A stretch of 64,000 nt of DNA from Candidatus Eiseniibacteriota bacterium (lineage in GTDB: Bacteria > Eisenbacteria > RBG-16-71-46), in contig OY970342.1 in the NCBI GenBank assembly GCA_963717505.1, positions 3,200,001-3,264,000 of the forward strand. Reading direction: 5' to 3'. Below, in pieces: positions 18,221-28,455 of the stretch (positions are counted from its first letter, which is position 1; each line of letters opens with the position of its first letter). Below the pieces are notes generated by a model. It was not told where the DNA came from and ran no database searches. It saw only the letters and a list, made by a program, of their open reading frames with translations. A program made the translations under genes and the position numbers.

Positions 18221-20122
18221 TCAATGGCCCGGGCGCGCAGCGCCCGGCGCCTGGACCACATCGCGGGACTCGATCCCCGCGCCTTCGATCACTTCCAGGC
18301 AATTCTCGTAACGGCCGAACGACGGCATCAGGTAGACGCCGCTGGCCATCGTCCGGCATTGCGCCAGCAGCTCGCGGGCCAGATCGACGCCGACGCGTTG
18401 TCCCTCGTTGCCCGCGGCGTGGAGTCGGGCACGGATCCACTCCGGAACCGTGATCCCCGGCACTTCGTTGTGCAGGAACTCGGCGTGGCGGAAGGACTGG
18501 AGCGGGAGGATGCCGATCAGGATCGGCAGCGACGTCAGGCCGCCGAGGCGATCCACGAACCGCTTCCAGCAATCCAGCTCGTACACCGGCTGGGTCATGA
18601 TGAATTGGGGACCGGCCTCGAGCTTGCGGCGCACGCGGTCGAACTCGCCGTCGAGGTCGTCGGCGGTCGGGTTGACCCCGCAGCCGATCGCGAACCGGGT
18701 CATGGCGCCGATCGAGGTGCCGGCCAGGTCGGTGCCGCGGTTCATGCCGTGAACGATCTTGATCAGTCCGACCGCGTCGGTGTCGTAAACCGCCGTGGCG
18801 TTCGGGTAATCGCCCAGGCTCGGCGGATCGCCGGTCAGGCACAGAATCGAGCGCAGGCCGAGCGCGTGGGCGCCGAGCAGGTCGCTCTGCAGGCCCATCA
18901 GGTTCCGGTCGCGGGTGGTGAAGTGCAGGATGATCTCGAGACGCGGGAAATGGGTCCGGATCAGGTAGGCGAGCGCCATGTTGCTCATCCGGATGCGCGC
19001 CAGCGGCGAGTCCGCGATGTTGATCGCATCGACCCCGCGTTGGGCCATCATGCGCGCCGCTTCCATGACCTTGGTGGTGTTGACCCCGCGCGGGGGGTCG
19101 ATCTCGACGCTGACCACGAAGCGCTCGCGCAGCGCCCGGAGCAGCGGCGGCTCTTCCTCGGTCACCGGTGCCGCGGGCGCCGGCCCGGGCTCGAGCACGC
19201 GCACTTCGGCGCCTGGCGCCAGCTTCTCGACCGGCAGTCGTGAGGCGATTCGCGCGCGCATGGCGGCGATGTGCGCCGGCGTCGTGCCGCAGCAGCCGCC
19301 GACGATGCGTGCGCCCTTTTCGATCGCGCGCGCCGCGAACTCGCCGAAATACTCGGGGCTCGCCAGGTAGACGAATCGGCCGTCGACGAACTGGGGCAGT
19401 CCGGCGTTCGGCATCACCGAGACCGGCAGGTCGCCGGCCGCCTGGACCACCTGCTCGAGCACTTCGAGCGTCGGCTGCGGGCCGACGCCGCAGTTGATGC
19501 CGACGACGTCGGCGCCCGCCTGGCGCAGGGCGCGAACGATCAGCGCGGGGGTGTGGCCGTAGAGCGTCTTGCCGTCGAGGCCGAAGGTCATCTGCGCGAT
19601 CACCGGCAGGTCCGCCGAGATCCGGCGCACCGCGCGCATGGCCGCCAGTACCTCGTTCAAATCCTGGAAGGTCTCGAGCAGGAACAGATCGCAGCCGCCC
19701 TCGAGCAACCCCTCGGCGGCGGCGGTGAAGTGGCGCTCGGCCTCGGCCGCCGAGATGTGCCCGAACGGCTCCAGCGACTTGCCGAGCGGCCCGATCGAGC
19801 CGGCGACGAACGCCTGGACCCCCACGATCTCGCGCGCGGCGCGGGCCACCTTGACCCCCTGACGCGCGATCAGCCGGCAGCGATCTTCGAGCCCGTGGGT
19901 GGCGAGCCGGACCGGATTGGTGCCGAACGTGTTGGTCTCGATCAATTCGGCGCCAGCGGTCAGGTATTCGCGGTGAATGGCCTCGATACGGGCGGGATCC
20001 GACAGGTTGAGCTCGTCGAAACAGCGGTCGAAGGGGACGCCGCGCTGGAACAGCAGCGTGCCCATCGCGCCGTCGGCCAGCAACGGCGCACGCGCGAGGC
20101 GTTCGAGAAAGGGAGAGGCCAT
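18221..20122 (-). CDS. yitJ: Bifunctional homocysteine S-methyltransferase / 5,10-methylenetetrahydrofolate reductase
   Basis: DGAMGT, ETNTFG, GINC, PNAGLP, GGCCGT; then VEIDPP, INIADSP, RDRN, TGDPP, TQPVY. Confidence 0.93.
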   Translation of the reverse strand: MASPFLERLARAPLLADGAMGTLLFQRGVPFDRCFDELNLSDPARIEAIHREYLTAGAELIETNTFGTNPVRLATHGLEDRCRLIARQGVKVARAAREIVGVQAFVAGSIGPLGKSLEPFGHISAAEAERHFTAAAEGLLEGGCDLFLLETFQDLNEVLAAMRAVRRISADLPVIAQMTFGLDGKTLYGHTPALIVRALRQAGADVVGINCGVGPQPTLEVLEQVVQAAGDLPVSVMPNAGLPQFVDGRFVYLASPEYFGEFAARAIEKGARIVGGCCGTTPAHIAAMRARIASRLPVEKLAPGAEVRVLEPGPAPAAPVTEEEPPLLRALRERFVVSVEIDPPRGVNTTKVMEAARMMAQRGVDAINIADSPLARIRMSNMALAYLIRTHFPRLEIILHFTTRDRNLMGLQSDLLGAHALGLRSILCLTGDPPSLGDYPNATAVYDTDAVGLIKIVHGMNRGTDLAGTSIGAMTRFAIGCGVNPTADDLDGEFDRVRRKLEAGPQFIMTQPVYELDCWKRFVDRLGGLTSLPILIGILPLQSFRHAEFLHNEVPGITVPEWIRARLHAAGNEGQRVGVDLARELLAQCRTMASGVYLMPSFGRYENCLEVIEGAGIESRDVVQAPGAARPGH

Positions 20123-20255
20123 ACCGCAGCGACTCTAGGGACTTGCCCGGCTGGCGGCAAGGTCCTGCGGCCGTGAGCGCGCGCACAACGGCACTCGCGA
20201 GGCCGACGGGTGTGCATTGCGCGCGACGCGCACCCGCTCCTATAGTCGGCGCATC

Positions 20256-22100
20256 GTGTTGCGAACCTCCTTCCCAACGGTGGCTCTGGTCGCGTGCCTG
20301 GGCGCGATGGCGATCGGTGCGCCGCATGGATCGGTGGCCGACACACCCGGGGCTGACGCCTTCGCGGCGATCGAGACCCTCAAGCCCGGCCAGAAGGCGA
20401 TCGTGCGCACGGTGTTCCAGGGCTCGAACATCGAAGAGTTCGAAGCCGAGATCCTGGGCGTGCTCAAGAGCGGACGCGTGGCCGGTGACATGGTGCTGGC
20501 CCGCGCCACGTCGGAGCGCGTGATTCGCACCGGCATCGCCCAGGGCATGAGCGGCTCCCCGGTCTACGTCGATGGCCGACTGGTCGGCGCGTTGTCGAGC
20601 GGCTGGAGTTTCACCCGCGAACCGGTGTTCGGCATCACGCCGATCGGCGAGATGCTGCCGTTGCTCGAGCGCAAGCCTTTGCCGGCGGCGTCGACCGGAG
20701 GGCCCTCGGGAGTGGAAGCCACGTCGCGATCGAGTGGCGCGACCTACTCCGGATTCCGCTGGCCGGGCGACGAAGACGCCGAGTCGGCGCAGGCCCCCGA
20801 CCTGGCGGGGACGCCGCCGCCCAACGGGCTCGCGCCGTTGATCGTGCCGCTCGCCGGCATCGGCCTCGGTCCGGCGGCGCTCGAGTACGCCAATCAGTTG
20901 CTCGCGCGCTATCAGCTGGCGGCAGCACCCGGTGGTCGCGCACAGGCGACGAATCGGGCCCCGGCGCTCGAGCCGGGCTCGGCGCTGGCCGTGGACCTCC
21001 TGCGCGGCGATCTCGAGCTTTCGGCATTCGGCACGGTGACCTGGGTTTCGGGGGACCGCATCCTCGCGTTCGGCCATCCGTTCTTCCAGGCCGGGGACGT
21101 CCGCCTGCCGATGGCGACCGCCGAGATCGCGACCGTGATCGCCAGCGACGCCACGTCCTTCAAGATCGGCCTGCGCGGCGATCCGGTGGGAACCATCGAG
21201 CAGGATCGGCGCGCCGGGATCGCTGGCGTGCTCGGGCCGGGGCCGGCCATGCTCCCGATCGCCGTCCACGTCCGCGGCATCACCGAGCAGGCCCAGCACT
21301 ACCGCTTCGAGAGCATCGAAGATCGCAGTATGGCGCCCTTGCTGGTCGCCATCGCCACGCTCAACAGCGTGCTCGAATCCGGCGGGGCCTCCGGCACGCA
21401 CACCCTGGCGCGCACGCTGACGCTCCATCGCCGCGGGGCCACCCCCCTGGTGCTCGAGGACCGGGTTTCGGCGGAGGCGGCCCCGGCCGCGATGGCCAAC
21501 GGCATCCTCGAGCCCTTGCGCTTTCTCTACGCGAATCCGTTCGAACGTCTCGAGTTGGACAGTATCCGCGTCGACATCGACGCGTCGCCGGGCCGCCGCG
21601 AGTGGACCGTGCGCAACGCGCGCCTGCTGCAGTCCACCGCGCAGCCGGGCGGCGTCGCTCGGGTGCGCTGCGATTTGGATTCGTGGCGCGGTGGCCGCAC
21701 GACCCACGATCTCGAGCTGGCGGTTCCGAAGGAGTTGCCCAATGGCCGCTACATCCTGTGGGTCGGCGGGGCCGACGAGCTGGCGCGCTACGAGGCAACG
21801 CGACTGCCCGGGCGCTATCGACCGATTTCGCTCGATGACGCCTGGCGCCGGCTCGGGGCGATGCGCCCGCGCGACGTGCTGTATGCCGTCCTGTTCGCCT
21901 CGGCCTCCGAGGTGACCAGCGGCGGTCGCGACTATCCCGAGCTGCCGGCTTCGGCGCTGCCGCTGATCGCCGGTGCCACCTCGCGCGGAGATGCCGGCGT
22001 GCGCGGCGAGCTGGCCAGCGTCGACGAGCGGCGCCTGCAGCTCGACGGGCCGGTGCGCGGCCAGATCCTCCTGCCGTTCGACGTGGCGTCCGAGCCGTGA
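20256..22100 (+). CDS. Secreted SpoIVB-like peptidase S55 domain protein
   Basis: Signal peptide; TVFQG...F...ILGV, GIAQGMSGSPVY.DGRLVGA, AFGHPF, GTIEQDR. Confidence 0.88.
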   Translation: MLRTSFPTVALVACLGAMAIGAPHGSVADTPGADAFAAIETLKPGQKAIVRTVFQGSNIEEFEAEILGVLKSGRVAGDMVLARATSERVIRTGIAQGMSGSPVYVDGRLVGALSSGWSFTREPVFGITPIGEMLPLLERKPLPAASTGGPSGVEATSRSSGATYSGFRWPGDEDAESAQAPDLAGTPPPNGLAPLIVPLAGIGLGPAALEYANQLLARYQLAAAPGGRAQATNRAPALEPGSALAVDLLRGDLELSAFGTVTWVSGDRILAFGHPFFQAGDVRLPMATAEIATVIASDATSFKIGLRGDPVGTIEQDRRAGIAGVLGPGPAMLPIAVHVRGITEQAQHYRFESIEDRSMAPLLVAIATLNSVLESGGASGTHTLARTLTLHRRGATPLVLEDRVSAEAAPAAMANGILEPLRFLYANPFERLELDSIRVDIDASPGRREWTVRNARLLQSTAQPGGVARVRCDLDSWRGGRTTHDLELAVPKELPNGRYILWVGGADELARYEATRLPGRYRPISLDDAWRRLGAMRPRDVLYAVLFASASEVTSGGRDYPELPASALPLIAGATSRGDAGVRGELASVDERRLQLDGPVRGQILLPFDVASEP

Positions 22101-24340
22101 ACCCAACCGTCCGTGACTCGAGGAATCCTTCTGTGACCGAATCGCCTGACTTCCCGAACCCGCCGGCCGATCGAACCCGCTCGCTCGCGATGTGGGCCTT
22201 TGCCGCCCTTCTCTGCCTGGCGTCGCCCGCCGTCGCAGCCGAGACCCAGTGGTGGATCCTCGACGATGCCGCGGATCACACCGAGTCGCACACCGAGGGG
22301 ATCGTGGTGACCCCCGAGGGCACGTTGCGCCTGGGGCCGCGCACCTCGAGTCATACCGACGACAGCTTGAGCGTGCTCTGGAGTGCCGCGCGCATGGCGG
22401 ACGGCCGGATCGCGCTGGGCTCCGATCGCGGGCGGATTCGACGGTGGAGCACGCAGCGTGGGATCGAGCCGTGGCTGGAAGTCTCCGCGGGTCAAGTGCT
22501 GGCGCTGGCCGCCGACGGCAAGAGCCTCCTGGCCGGCACCGCACCCGACGGCCTCATCTACCGGATCGGCGAACGCGGCGACACCAGCGTGTTCGCGCGC
22601 ACCGGCGAGCGCTATGTCTGGGCGCTCGCCCCCGGTCGCAACGGCGTCTGGTACGCGGCGACCGGCACCCTCGGACGCGTCCTGCGAATCGAAGGCGGCA
22701 AGACCCGCGTCGTCCTCGACACCGAGGCGAGCAACATCATCGCGCTCATCCCCGACGGATCCGGCGGCGTGTATGCCGGCGGCGACTCGCATGGCCGCGT
22801 CTATCACGTGCGGGCGGATGGCACGACGCGCACGCTGTTCGAGGCCGAAGAGGACGAGATCCGGGCCCTGGCGATCGGCGCGGATGGGGCGCTCTACGCG
22901 GCCGCCCTCAGCTCTTCCGCGGTGACCGGCGCGCTGGCGCCGGCGCCGCCGCCGCCCGGTGGCTCGAGCGCCGAACGCGAGGAACGAGACGACGACGACG
23001 CCGATGCCTCGGACGAGATCAAGCCGACGCGCGCGACGCGCGGCCGGGCCATCGTCTACCGGATCGTTCCCGACAGCACCGCGAGTGCCTACTGGTCCGC
23101 GCCCGCGCCGGTGGTCTACGCCCTGGCGCGCGGCGCCTCCGGGATGATCGCCGCCACCGGCAATCGTGCCGGCGTGTTCACGCTCACCCGGGCGAACGCG
23201 GCGCTCCATTGGTTGTCGGCGCCCCAGGGCCAGATCACCGCGTTGCTGGTCGACGGCAGCAGTGCCGGCGAGCGCGTGTTCGCTGCGGCGTCCAATCCGG
23301 CCGCGGTGTGGACCATCGGACCGGGTCGCGCCGAGCGAGGCGAGCTGATCTCGCCGGTGCTCGATGCTCGGCGCATCGCGCGTCTCGGCAAGGTCGTGGC
23401 GCGCGGGGAGCCGCACGGTGGTCGCATCGAGCTGTCGACCCGCACCGGCAACACTAATCCGCCCGACACCACCTGGTCGACGTGGCGCGCGGTCGGCAAC
23501 GACGGCGCCGCCGGCTCACCGGCCGGCCGCTACGCGCAATGGCGGTTGATCCTGGCCGGCGGTGATCCGGTGGTCGAAGCCGTGGAAGCCTCGTGGCGTG
23601 AGCAGAACCTGGCGCCGCGAGTGAGTGGCATCGTGGTCGCACCCCAGGGCGCCGCGTTCCGCGAGGGCGATCTGACGCCGCGCAGCGAACCGGTCACCCA
23701 GACCCTGCCCGGAGGACAGAAGGTGTCGTACTCGGTTCCGCCCGCCTCGAGTCAACGCGAGTTGCGCGACCTGCCGGCGTGGGCCCGCGGACTCAGGACG
23801 GTGCAGTGGCGCGGTTCCGATCCCAACGGCGACCCCTTGCTCTATCGCGTCGATGTCGCGCCGTCGGCCGAGGGTCCGTGGACCCTGGTGGCCGAAGACC
23901 TCGATCAGTCGGCATTCACCTGGGACACGCAATCGCTGGTCGACGGCCGCTATCGCTTGCGGGTGACGGCGAGCGACCTGCCGGGCAACGCGGTCGGCGA
24001 GGAGCGGGAGGATTTCTCGGTCAGCGCGCCGTTCCACATCGATAACACGGCGCCGTCGGTCACCGAGCTGACCGCCACCGGGGTCGAGCGCGGCATTCGC
24101 GTCACCGGTACCGCACGCGACGGGTCGAGTCCGTTGACCCGCATCGAGGTTGCGGTCGATGACGAGGACTGGCGGGTGATCACGCCGGAGGGCGGCTTCG
24201 CCGACGACCTCGATCTGGTATTTCGCGCCACGGTTCAACCGGTCGAGCCCGGGGATCATTCGGTCGGCGTGCGGGCGGTCGACCGCGCCGGCAACGCCAC
24301 GACTCGCGCCGTGCGGGTCCGCGTCCCCGCGCCGCGCTGA
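22097..24340 (+). CDS. Secreted beta-propeller protein with C-terminal Ig/FN3-like domains
   Basis: Signal peptide; repeats YVWALA...YAATG..GRV; TRTGNT.PD.TWS.W; DPNGD...DGRYRLRVTASD; VRAVDRAGN. Confidence 0.75.
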   Translation: MNPTVRDSRNPSVTESPDFPNPPADRTRSLAMWAFAALLCLASPAVAAETQWWILDDAADHTESHTEGIVVTPEGTLRLGPRTSSHTDDSLSVLWSAARMADGRIALGSDRGRIRRWSTQRGIEPWLEVSAGQVLALAADGKSLLAGTAPDGLIYRIGERGDTSVFARTGERYVWALAPGRNGVWYAATGTLGRVLRIEGGKTRVVLDTEASNIIALIPDGSGGVYAGGDSHGRVYHVRADGTTRTLFEAEEDEIRALAIGADGALYAAALSSSAVTGALAPAPPPPGGSSAEREERDDDDADASDEIKPTRATRGRAIVYRIVPDSTASAYWSAPAPVVYALARGASGMIAATGNRAGVFTLTRANAALHWLSAPQGQITALLVDGSSAGERVFAAASNPAAVWTIGPGRAERGELISPVLDARRIARLGKVVARGEPHGGRIELSTRTGNTNPPDTTWSTWRAVGNDGAAGSPAGRYAQWRLILAGGDPVVEAVEASWREQNLAPRVSGIVVAPQGAAFREGDLTPRSEPVTQTLPGGQKVSYSVPPASSQRELRDLPAWARGLRTVQWRGSDPNGDPLLYRVDVAPSAEGPWTLVAEDLDQSAFTWDTQSLVDGRYRLRVTASDLPGNAVGEEREDFSVSAPFHIDNTAPSVTELTATGVERGIRVTGTARDGSSPLTRIEVAVDDEDWRVITPEGGFADDLDLVFRATVQPVEPGDHSVGVRAVDRAGNATTRAVRVRVPAPR

Positions 24341-24348
24341 CCCCACGC

Positions 24349-25668
24349 GTGGGCGAGACTGCCCCCGCGGGCCACACGGCAGAGCCTCCGGCCGCGTTTC
24401 GCCGCGGCGTGGAGTTCGCGCTGCTCGGTGCCGGCATCACTCTGGTCGCCACTTGGCTCGCGGCGATTCCCGACTGGCGCGCGGAGTTGGGTGTGTTCCA
24501 GGCCGCCTACGCGCTCGCCTTCCTCCTCTTCGGAGTGGCGGTCCTGCGCCTGTCACGCTACGAGACCCTGCCGCACGTCGTCCCGGTACTGATCGCGGTC
24601 GCGATCGCGTGTCGCCTGATCCTCTTGACGGCGCCGCCGACCCTGTCCGACGACGTCTATCGCTACCTGTGGGAGGGACGCGTCCTGCTCCATGGCGGCA
24701 ACCCGTGGCGATGGCCACCCGCCGACCCGTCCTTCGCCCCTTTGCGCGACAGCGTGATCCATCCGCGCATCAACCACCCCGAGCTGTCCGCGATCTATCC
24801 GCCCCTCGGGGTGGCGGGCTATGCGCTGGTCGCCGCGATCCAGCCGACGGTGCTGGCCGCCAAGCTGTGGGTGTTGTTGCACGAAGTGGTCTTGATCGCC
24901 GCGTCGATGGCGGCCCTGCGTGCGGCCGGCCTGCCCGCAGCGCGCGTGTTGATCTACGCGTGGTGTCCGCTCGGATTGGTCGAATACGCGGGCACCGGCC
25001 ACAACGACCCGGTGGCCATGGCCTGGCTGGCGTTGGCGCTCGCGACCGCGGGGCGCCGTCCGTCGCTGTCGGCCACGTGCCTGGTCGCCGGCACCATGGT
25101 CAAGCTCGTACCGTTGATCGCGCTGCCGTTCCTCTGGCGCACCTGGCCGGTGCGCGCGCGGGCGCTGGCCACCGTGGGTCTGGCCGCCGGACTCGGCGCC
25201 TACGCGATCGTGACCCGGAGCGCGACCTCGGGGCTCGCGGCCTACTGGCAGCGATGGCGCAACAATGAGTCGGTGTTCGGGCTGCTGGAATCCGCGACCG
25301 GCCGTTTCGACGTGGCGCGCACACTGGCGTTGGTGGCCGTCGCGGCCGTCATGTTCTGGACCTGGCGACGCCACGATACGGCGTCACGATCGGTGCAGTG
25401 GGGTCTGCGTGCGTTGCTGATCACGAGCCCGGTGCTGCATCCGTGGTACTTGGGGTGGAACCTGATGTTCGAACCGTGGTCGCGCTCGGCGCCCTGGCTC
25501 TTGCTTTCATTGCTCGCCGTCCTAAACTACGGCGTGCTCCAGACCCCGTTCGAAGGAAACCGTTTCCACCTGTCGTGGGCGTGGCGCGCGCTCGAGTATG
25601 GCCTGCCGCTGGCGTTGGCCGTGGGTCTGGGCGCGATGCGCCGAACGCGGCCGGCCGGGCGACCATGA
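24349..25668 (+). CDS. GT-C (DUF2029/GT87-like) polytopic membrane glycosyltransferase
   Basis: LSDDVYRYLWEG...NP, IYPP, YAWCPL...E...GHND, LHPWY; many TM segments. Confidence 0.85.
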   Translation: MGETAPAGHTAEPPAAFRRGVEFALLGAGITLVATWLAAIPDWRAELGVFQAAYALAFLLFGVAVLRLSRYETLPHVVPVLIAVAIACRLILLTAPPTLSDDVYRYLWEGRVLLHGGNPWRWPPADPSFAPLRDSVIHPRINHPELSAIYPPLGVAGYALVAAIQPTVLAAKLWVLLHEVVLIAASMAALRAAGLPAARVLIYAWCPLGLVEYAGTGHNDPVAMAWLALALATAGRRPSLSATCLVAGTMVKLVPLIALPFLWRTWPVRARALATVGLAAGLGAYAIVTRSATSGLAAYWQRWRNNESVFGLLESATGRFDVARTLALVAVAAVMFWTWRRHDTASRSVQWGLRALLITSPVLHPWYLGWNLMFEPWSRSAPWLLLSLLAVLNYGVLQTPFEGNRFHLSWAWRALEYGLPLALAVGLGAMRRTRPAGRP

Positions 25669-27599
25669 ACTGGCGCACCCTGCTCGCCGCCGTCCGCGCC
25701 GAAGCCTCGGGCGAGCGAGCCCTGGCTTCGGTGCACGAGATCGCCGGATTCCATCGGGTTCAGGCGAGCCCCGGCTACGACCAGGCCGCGCGTTGGCTCG
25801 AGGGCCAGCTGGCCGCCGCTGGACTCGAACCCGAGATCGAGTCGGTGGCCTCCGATGGTCGCCGCCGTCACCTCGGCCAGCTGATGCCCGAAGGCTGGGA
25901 GTGCACGCACGCCGAGGCCACTTTGATCGGACGTGACGGACGGCGGCGCCTGTGCGACTACGCGGACGTCAAACTGTCGTTGGTGCTGCGCAGCGAACCG
26001 GCGCGCGGAACCTTCCCGATCGTCGGGGTCGGCGACGGTGTCGAGCCCGAGCACTACGCAGGTGTCGACGTGCGCGGCGCGGTGGTGTTCGCGCGCGGCG
26101 CCGTCCACCGGGTCCACCAGTTGGCGGTGATCGAACGCGGTGCCGCCGGAATCCTGACCGACGGACGGCGCTTGTTTCCACCGGTCCGTGCCGCGGACAC
26201 CGATCCCGACCAGGTCGCCTACACGTCGTTCTGGTGGGGTGGGGATCAGCCCCGCGGCTGGGGTTTCGTGATCAGTCCGCGCGAGGGCGCGGCATTGCGC
26301 GCGCGCCTGGCGAGCGGCGAACTCCTGCAACTCGAGGTGGCGATCGACAGCCGCCGCTTTCCGACCTCGATTCCGATCGTGTCGGCCGTACTCCCGGGTT
26401 CGGAGGCGGGCGAGGTCTTGGTGGTTTCGCATCTGTGCCACCCGCAACCGAGCGCCAACGACAACGCTTCGGGGGCAGCGGCGACGCTGGAGACCGCCCG
26501 CGTCCTCACTCGGTTGATCGAGTCGGGCGCGTGGCGGCCACGGCGCTCGGTGCGCTTCTTGTGGATTCCGGAGTTCACCGGCACCTACGCGTGGCTCGAC
26601 GGGGACCCCGCCCGGGCCGGCCGGATCGTGGCGGCGCTCAATCTCGACATGGTGGGGGAGGACCAGGAGCAATGCGGCAGCTCACTGCTCATCGAATCCC
26701 CGCCGGCATTCGTCGCGAGTTTCGCCGAGCACGTGCTCGCCGACATTCGGCAAGCGGCCGACGACACCGTCGGCTCCTACACCGGACCCGGGCGCTACGG
26801 CCTGACGCGAATGTCGACCGTCCCGTACGCCGGCGGCAGCGACCACGCCGTGTTCAGCGACCCCGGGATCGGCGTGCCGTGCCCGATGCTCATTCAGTGG
26901 CCCGATCGCTACTATCACTCCTCGCACGACACTCCGGATCGGACGGATCCACGTTCGCTGGCGCTCGCCGTGCGTTGCGCCGCGACCTTCGCAGGAACGC
27001 TGGCCGCCGCCGATGCGGACGATGTCGAGGCGATCGCGGCCGCGGTCGCGCGCCGCGTGCGCGCCGCGGTGCTGTCGGCCCTCGGCGCCGCGGAGCCCGA
27101 TCGCGAAGTCGCGCGGGCGGTACTGGCCGGCGACTCGGCGATCGCGAGTCTGGCGCGCCTCGGCCGAGCACCCCAGTCGGTGGCCGGCGACCGGGATCGC
27201 TTCCTGGAGTTCGTGGCCCGCGAGACGTCGTGGCGACCCGAGCCCGAGCCGGACTCCGCGGGACGCGTGCCGGTGCGCCGCTGGCGAGCGCCGCTCCACT
27301 TCCATCGTCACTTGATCGAAGGCTACGACGCGCTGCCGGCGAACGATCGTGAACGCCTGCGGCTCCTCGATCGCGACACGCCGGACGCTCACGTCGTGTT
27401 CGAGCTCACGTGGTTCCTGTCCGACGGACGGCGCGACCTCGATGCCGTCGCGCGGGCGGTAGCGATCGAAACCGGAAGCGATGCACGAGCCGCGATCGAG
27501 TCCTTCTTGGGGATTCTCGAGCGCCTGGGCGTGGTCGCCTGGCCAGAATCCCCGCAGGACCGCTGGAATCCCACCCCGCCGGCGGCAGCGGCGCGCTGA
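25665..27599 (+). CDS. M28-family (DUF4910-like) aminopeptidase with PA domain and C-terminal winged helix
   Basis: FHRVQASPG, SHLCHP.PSANDNASG, WIPEFTG, NLDMVG, GGSDH, YYHSSHD. Confidence 0.88.
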   Translation: MNWRTLLAAVRAEASGERALASVHEIAGFHRVQASPGYDQAARWLEGQLAAAGLEPEIESVASDGRRRHLGQLMPEGWECTHAEATLIGRDGRRRLCDYADVKLSLVLRSEPARGTFPIVGVGDGVEPEHYAGVDVRGAVVFARGAVHRVHQLAVIERGAAGILTDGRRLFPPVRAADTDPDQVAYTSFWWGGDQPRGWGFVISPREGAALRARLASGELLQLEVAIDSRRFPTSIPIVSAVLPGSEAGEVLVVSHLCHPQPSANDNASGAAATLETARVLTRLIESGAWRPRRSVRFLWIPEFTGTYAWLDGDPARAGRIVAALNLDMVGEDQEQCGSSLLIESPPAFVASFAEHVLADIRQAADDTVGSYTGPGRYGLTRMSTVPYAGGSDHAVFSDPGIGVPCPMLIQWPDRYYHSSHDTPDRTDPRSLALAVRCAATFAGTLAAADADDVEAIAAAVARRVRAAVLSALGAAEPDREVARAVLAGDSAIASLARLGRAPQSVAGDRDRFLEFVARETSWRPEPEPDSAGRVPVRRWRAPLHFHRHLIEGYDALPANDRERLRLLDRDTPDAHVVFELTWFLSDGRRDLDAVARAVAIETGSDARAAIESFLGILERLGVVAWPESPQDRWNPTPPAAAAR

Positions 27600-27703
27600 A
27601 CTCTGGGCCGCCGGTTCACCATTTGAAAAATCCTGGGCTCGATCCACGGGCCGCATCCACCGGAGCCACAAACGGCTGCTATACTGCCCGGCCGCTCAGC
27701 GGA

Positions 27704-28453
27704 TCACGAACCGAGCATGGCCACCGCCCACTGGCGGCCCGTGCGCGGGCCGTCCCCGCGGTGCGAGAAATAGCGGCCGGACACGCAGCGGGTGCATTCG
27801 CCGACATCGGCGATGTCGCCGGGCTGGATGCCGGCCGCGATCAGTTGATCGCGGGCGACCGCAGCCAGGTCGAGGTGCGTGCGTCCCGAGGCGGTCCTGA
27901 GTGCGGCGCCGGGAAACCGGCTCGCGACCTCGGGGCCGACCTCGTAGCAGCACACGCGAATGCAGGGACCGATCCAGGCCTCGATCCGAGGGGAAGGCGG
28001 CGAAACAGCGGCATGCAGTGCGCGCACCGTTTCGTTCAGGACTCCGGTGGCCAGCCCGCGCCAGCCGGCGTGGGCGGCGCCGACCGCGCCATCGGTAGCC
28101 AACAGGACGGGCACGCAGTCGGCGATGGTGATCGCAATCGGGAGATCGGGCACGGTCGTGACCAGCGCGTCGCATTCGGGGTGCAATCCGTCCGCGGTTG
28201 CGCGGGACACCGAGGCGCCATGGACCTGCCCGGCGGTGGCCACCCGCCCCGCGCTTCCCAGTCGAGCCAGAATGCGACGCCGATTCTCGGTCACGGATTC
28301 GGGCGCATCCGCGGTCGAGCGTCCGACGTTGAGTGTGTCGAAGGGCGGCGCACTGACGCCGCCGAGGCGCGTACTGAACAGCAGGAACGAACGGTTCGAC
28401 CGGGCGGCCCAGCAAGGCGGGCCCGGATCGGACTCATAGGCGAGAAGGGTCAC
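27704..28453 (-). CDS. pgeF: Polyphenol oxidase / purine nucleoside phosphorylase (YfiH/PgeF family)
   Basis: STRLGGVS, QVHG, DALVT, ADCVP, AHAGWRG, GPCI...CYEV, FSHR. Confidence 0.95.
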   Translation of the reverse strand: MTLLAYESDPGPPCWAARSNRSFLLFSTRLGGVSAPPFDTLNVGRSTADAPESVTENRRRILARLGSAGRVATAGQVHGASVSRATADGLHPECDALVTTVPDLPIAITIADCVPVLLATDGAVGAAHAGWRGLATGVLNETVRALHAAVSPPSPRIEAWIGPCIRVCCYEVGPEVASRFPGAALRTASGRTHLDLAAVARDQLIAAGIQPGDIADVGECTRCVSGRYFSHRGDGPRTGRQWAVAMLGS

Positions 28454-28455
28454 CG

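Noticed and set aside
18207-22544. 1445-aa minus-strand ORF
   Set aside because: Arg/Ala/Pro-rich with no motifs; it overlaps yitJ out of frame and is antisense to the S55 gene, a high-GC shadow ORF
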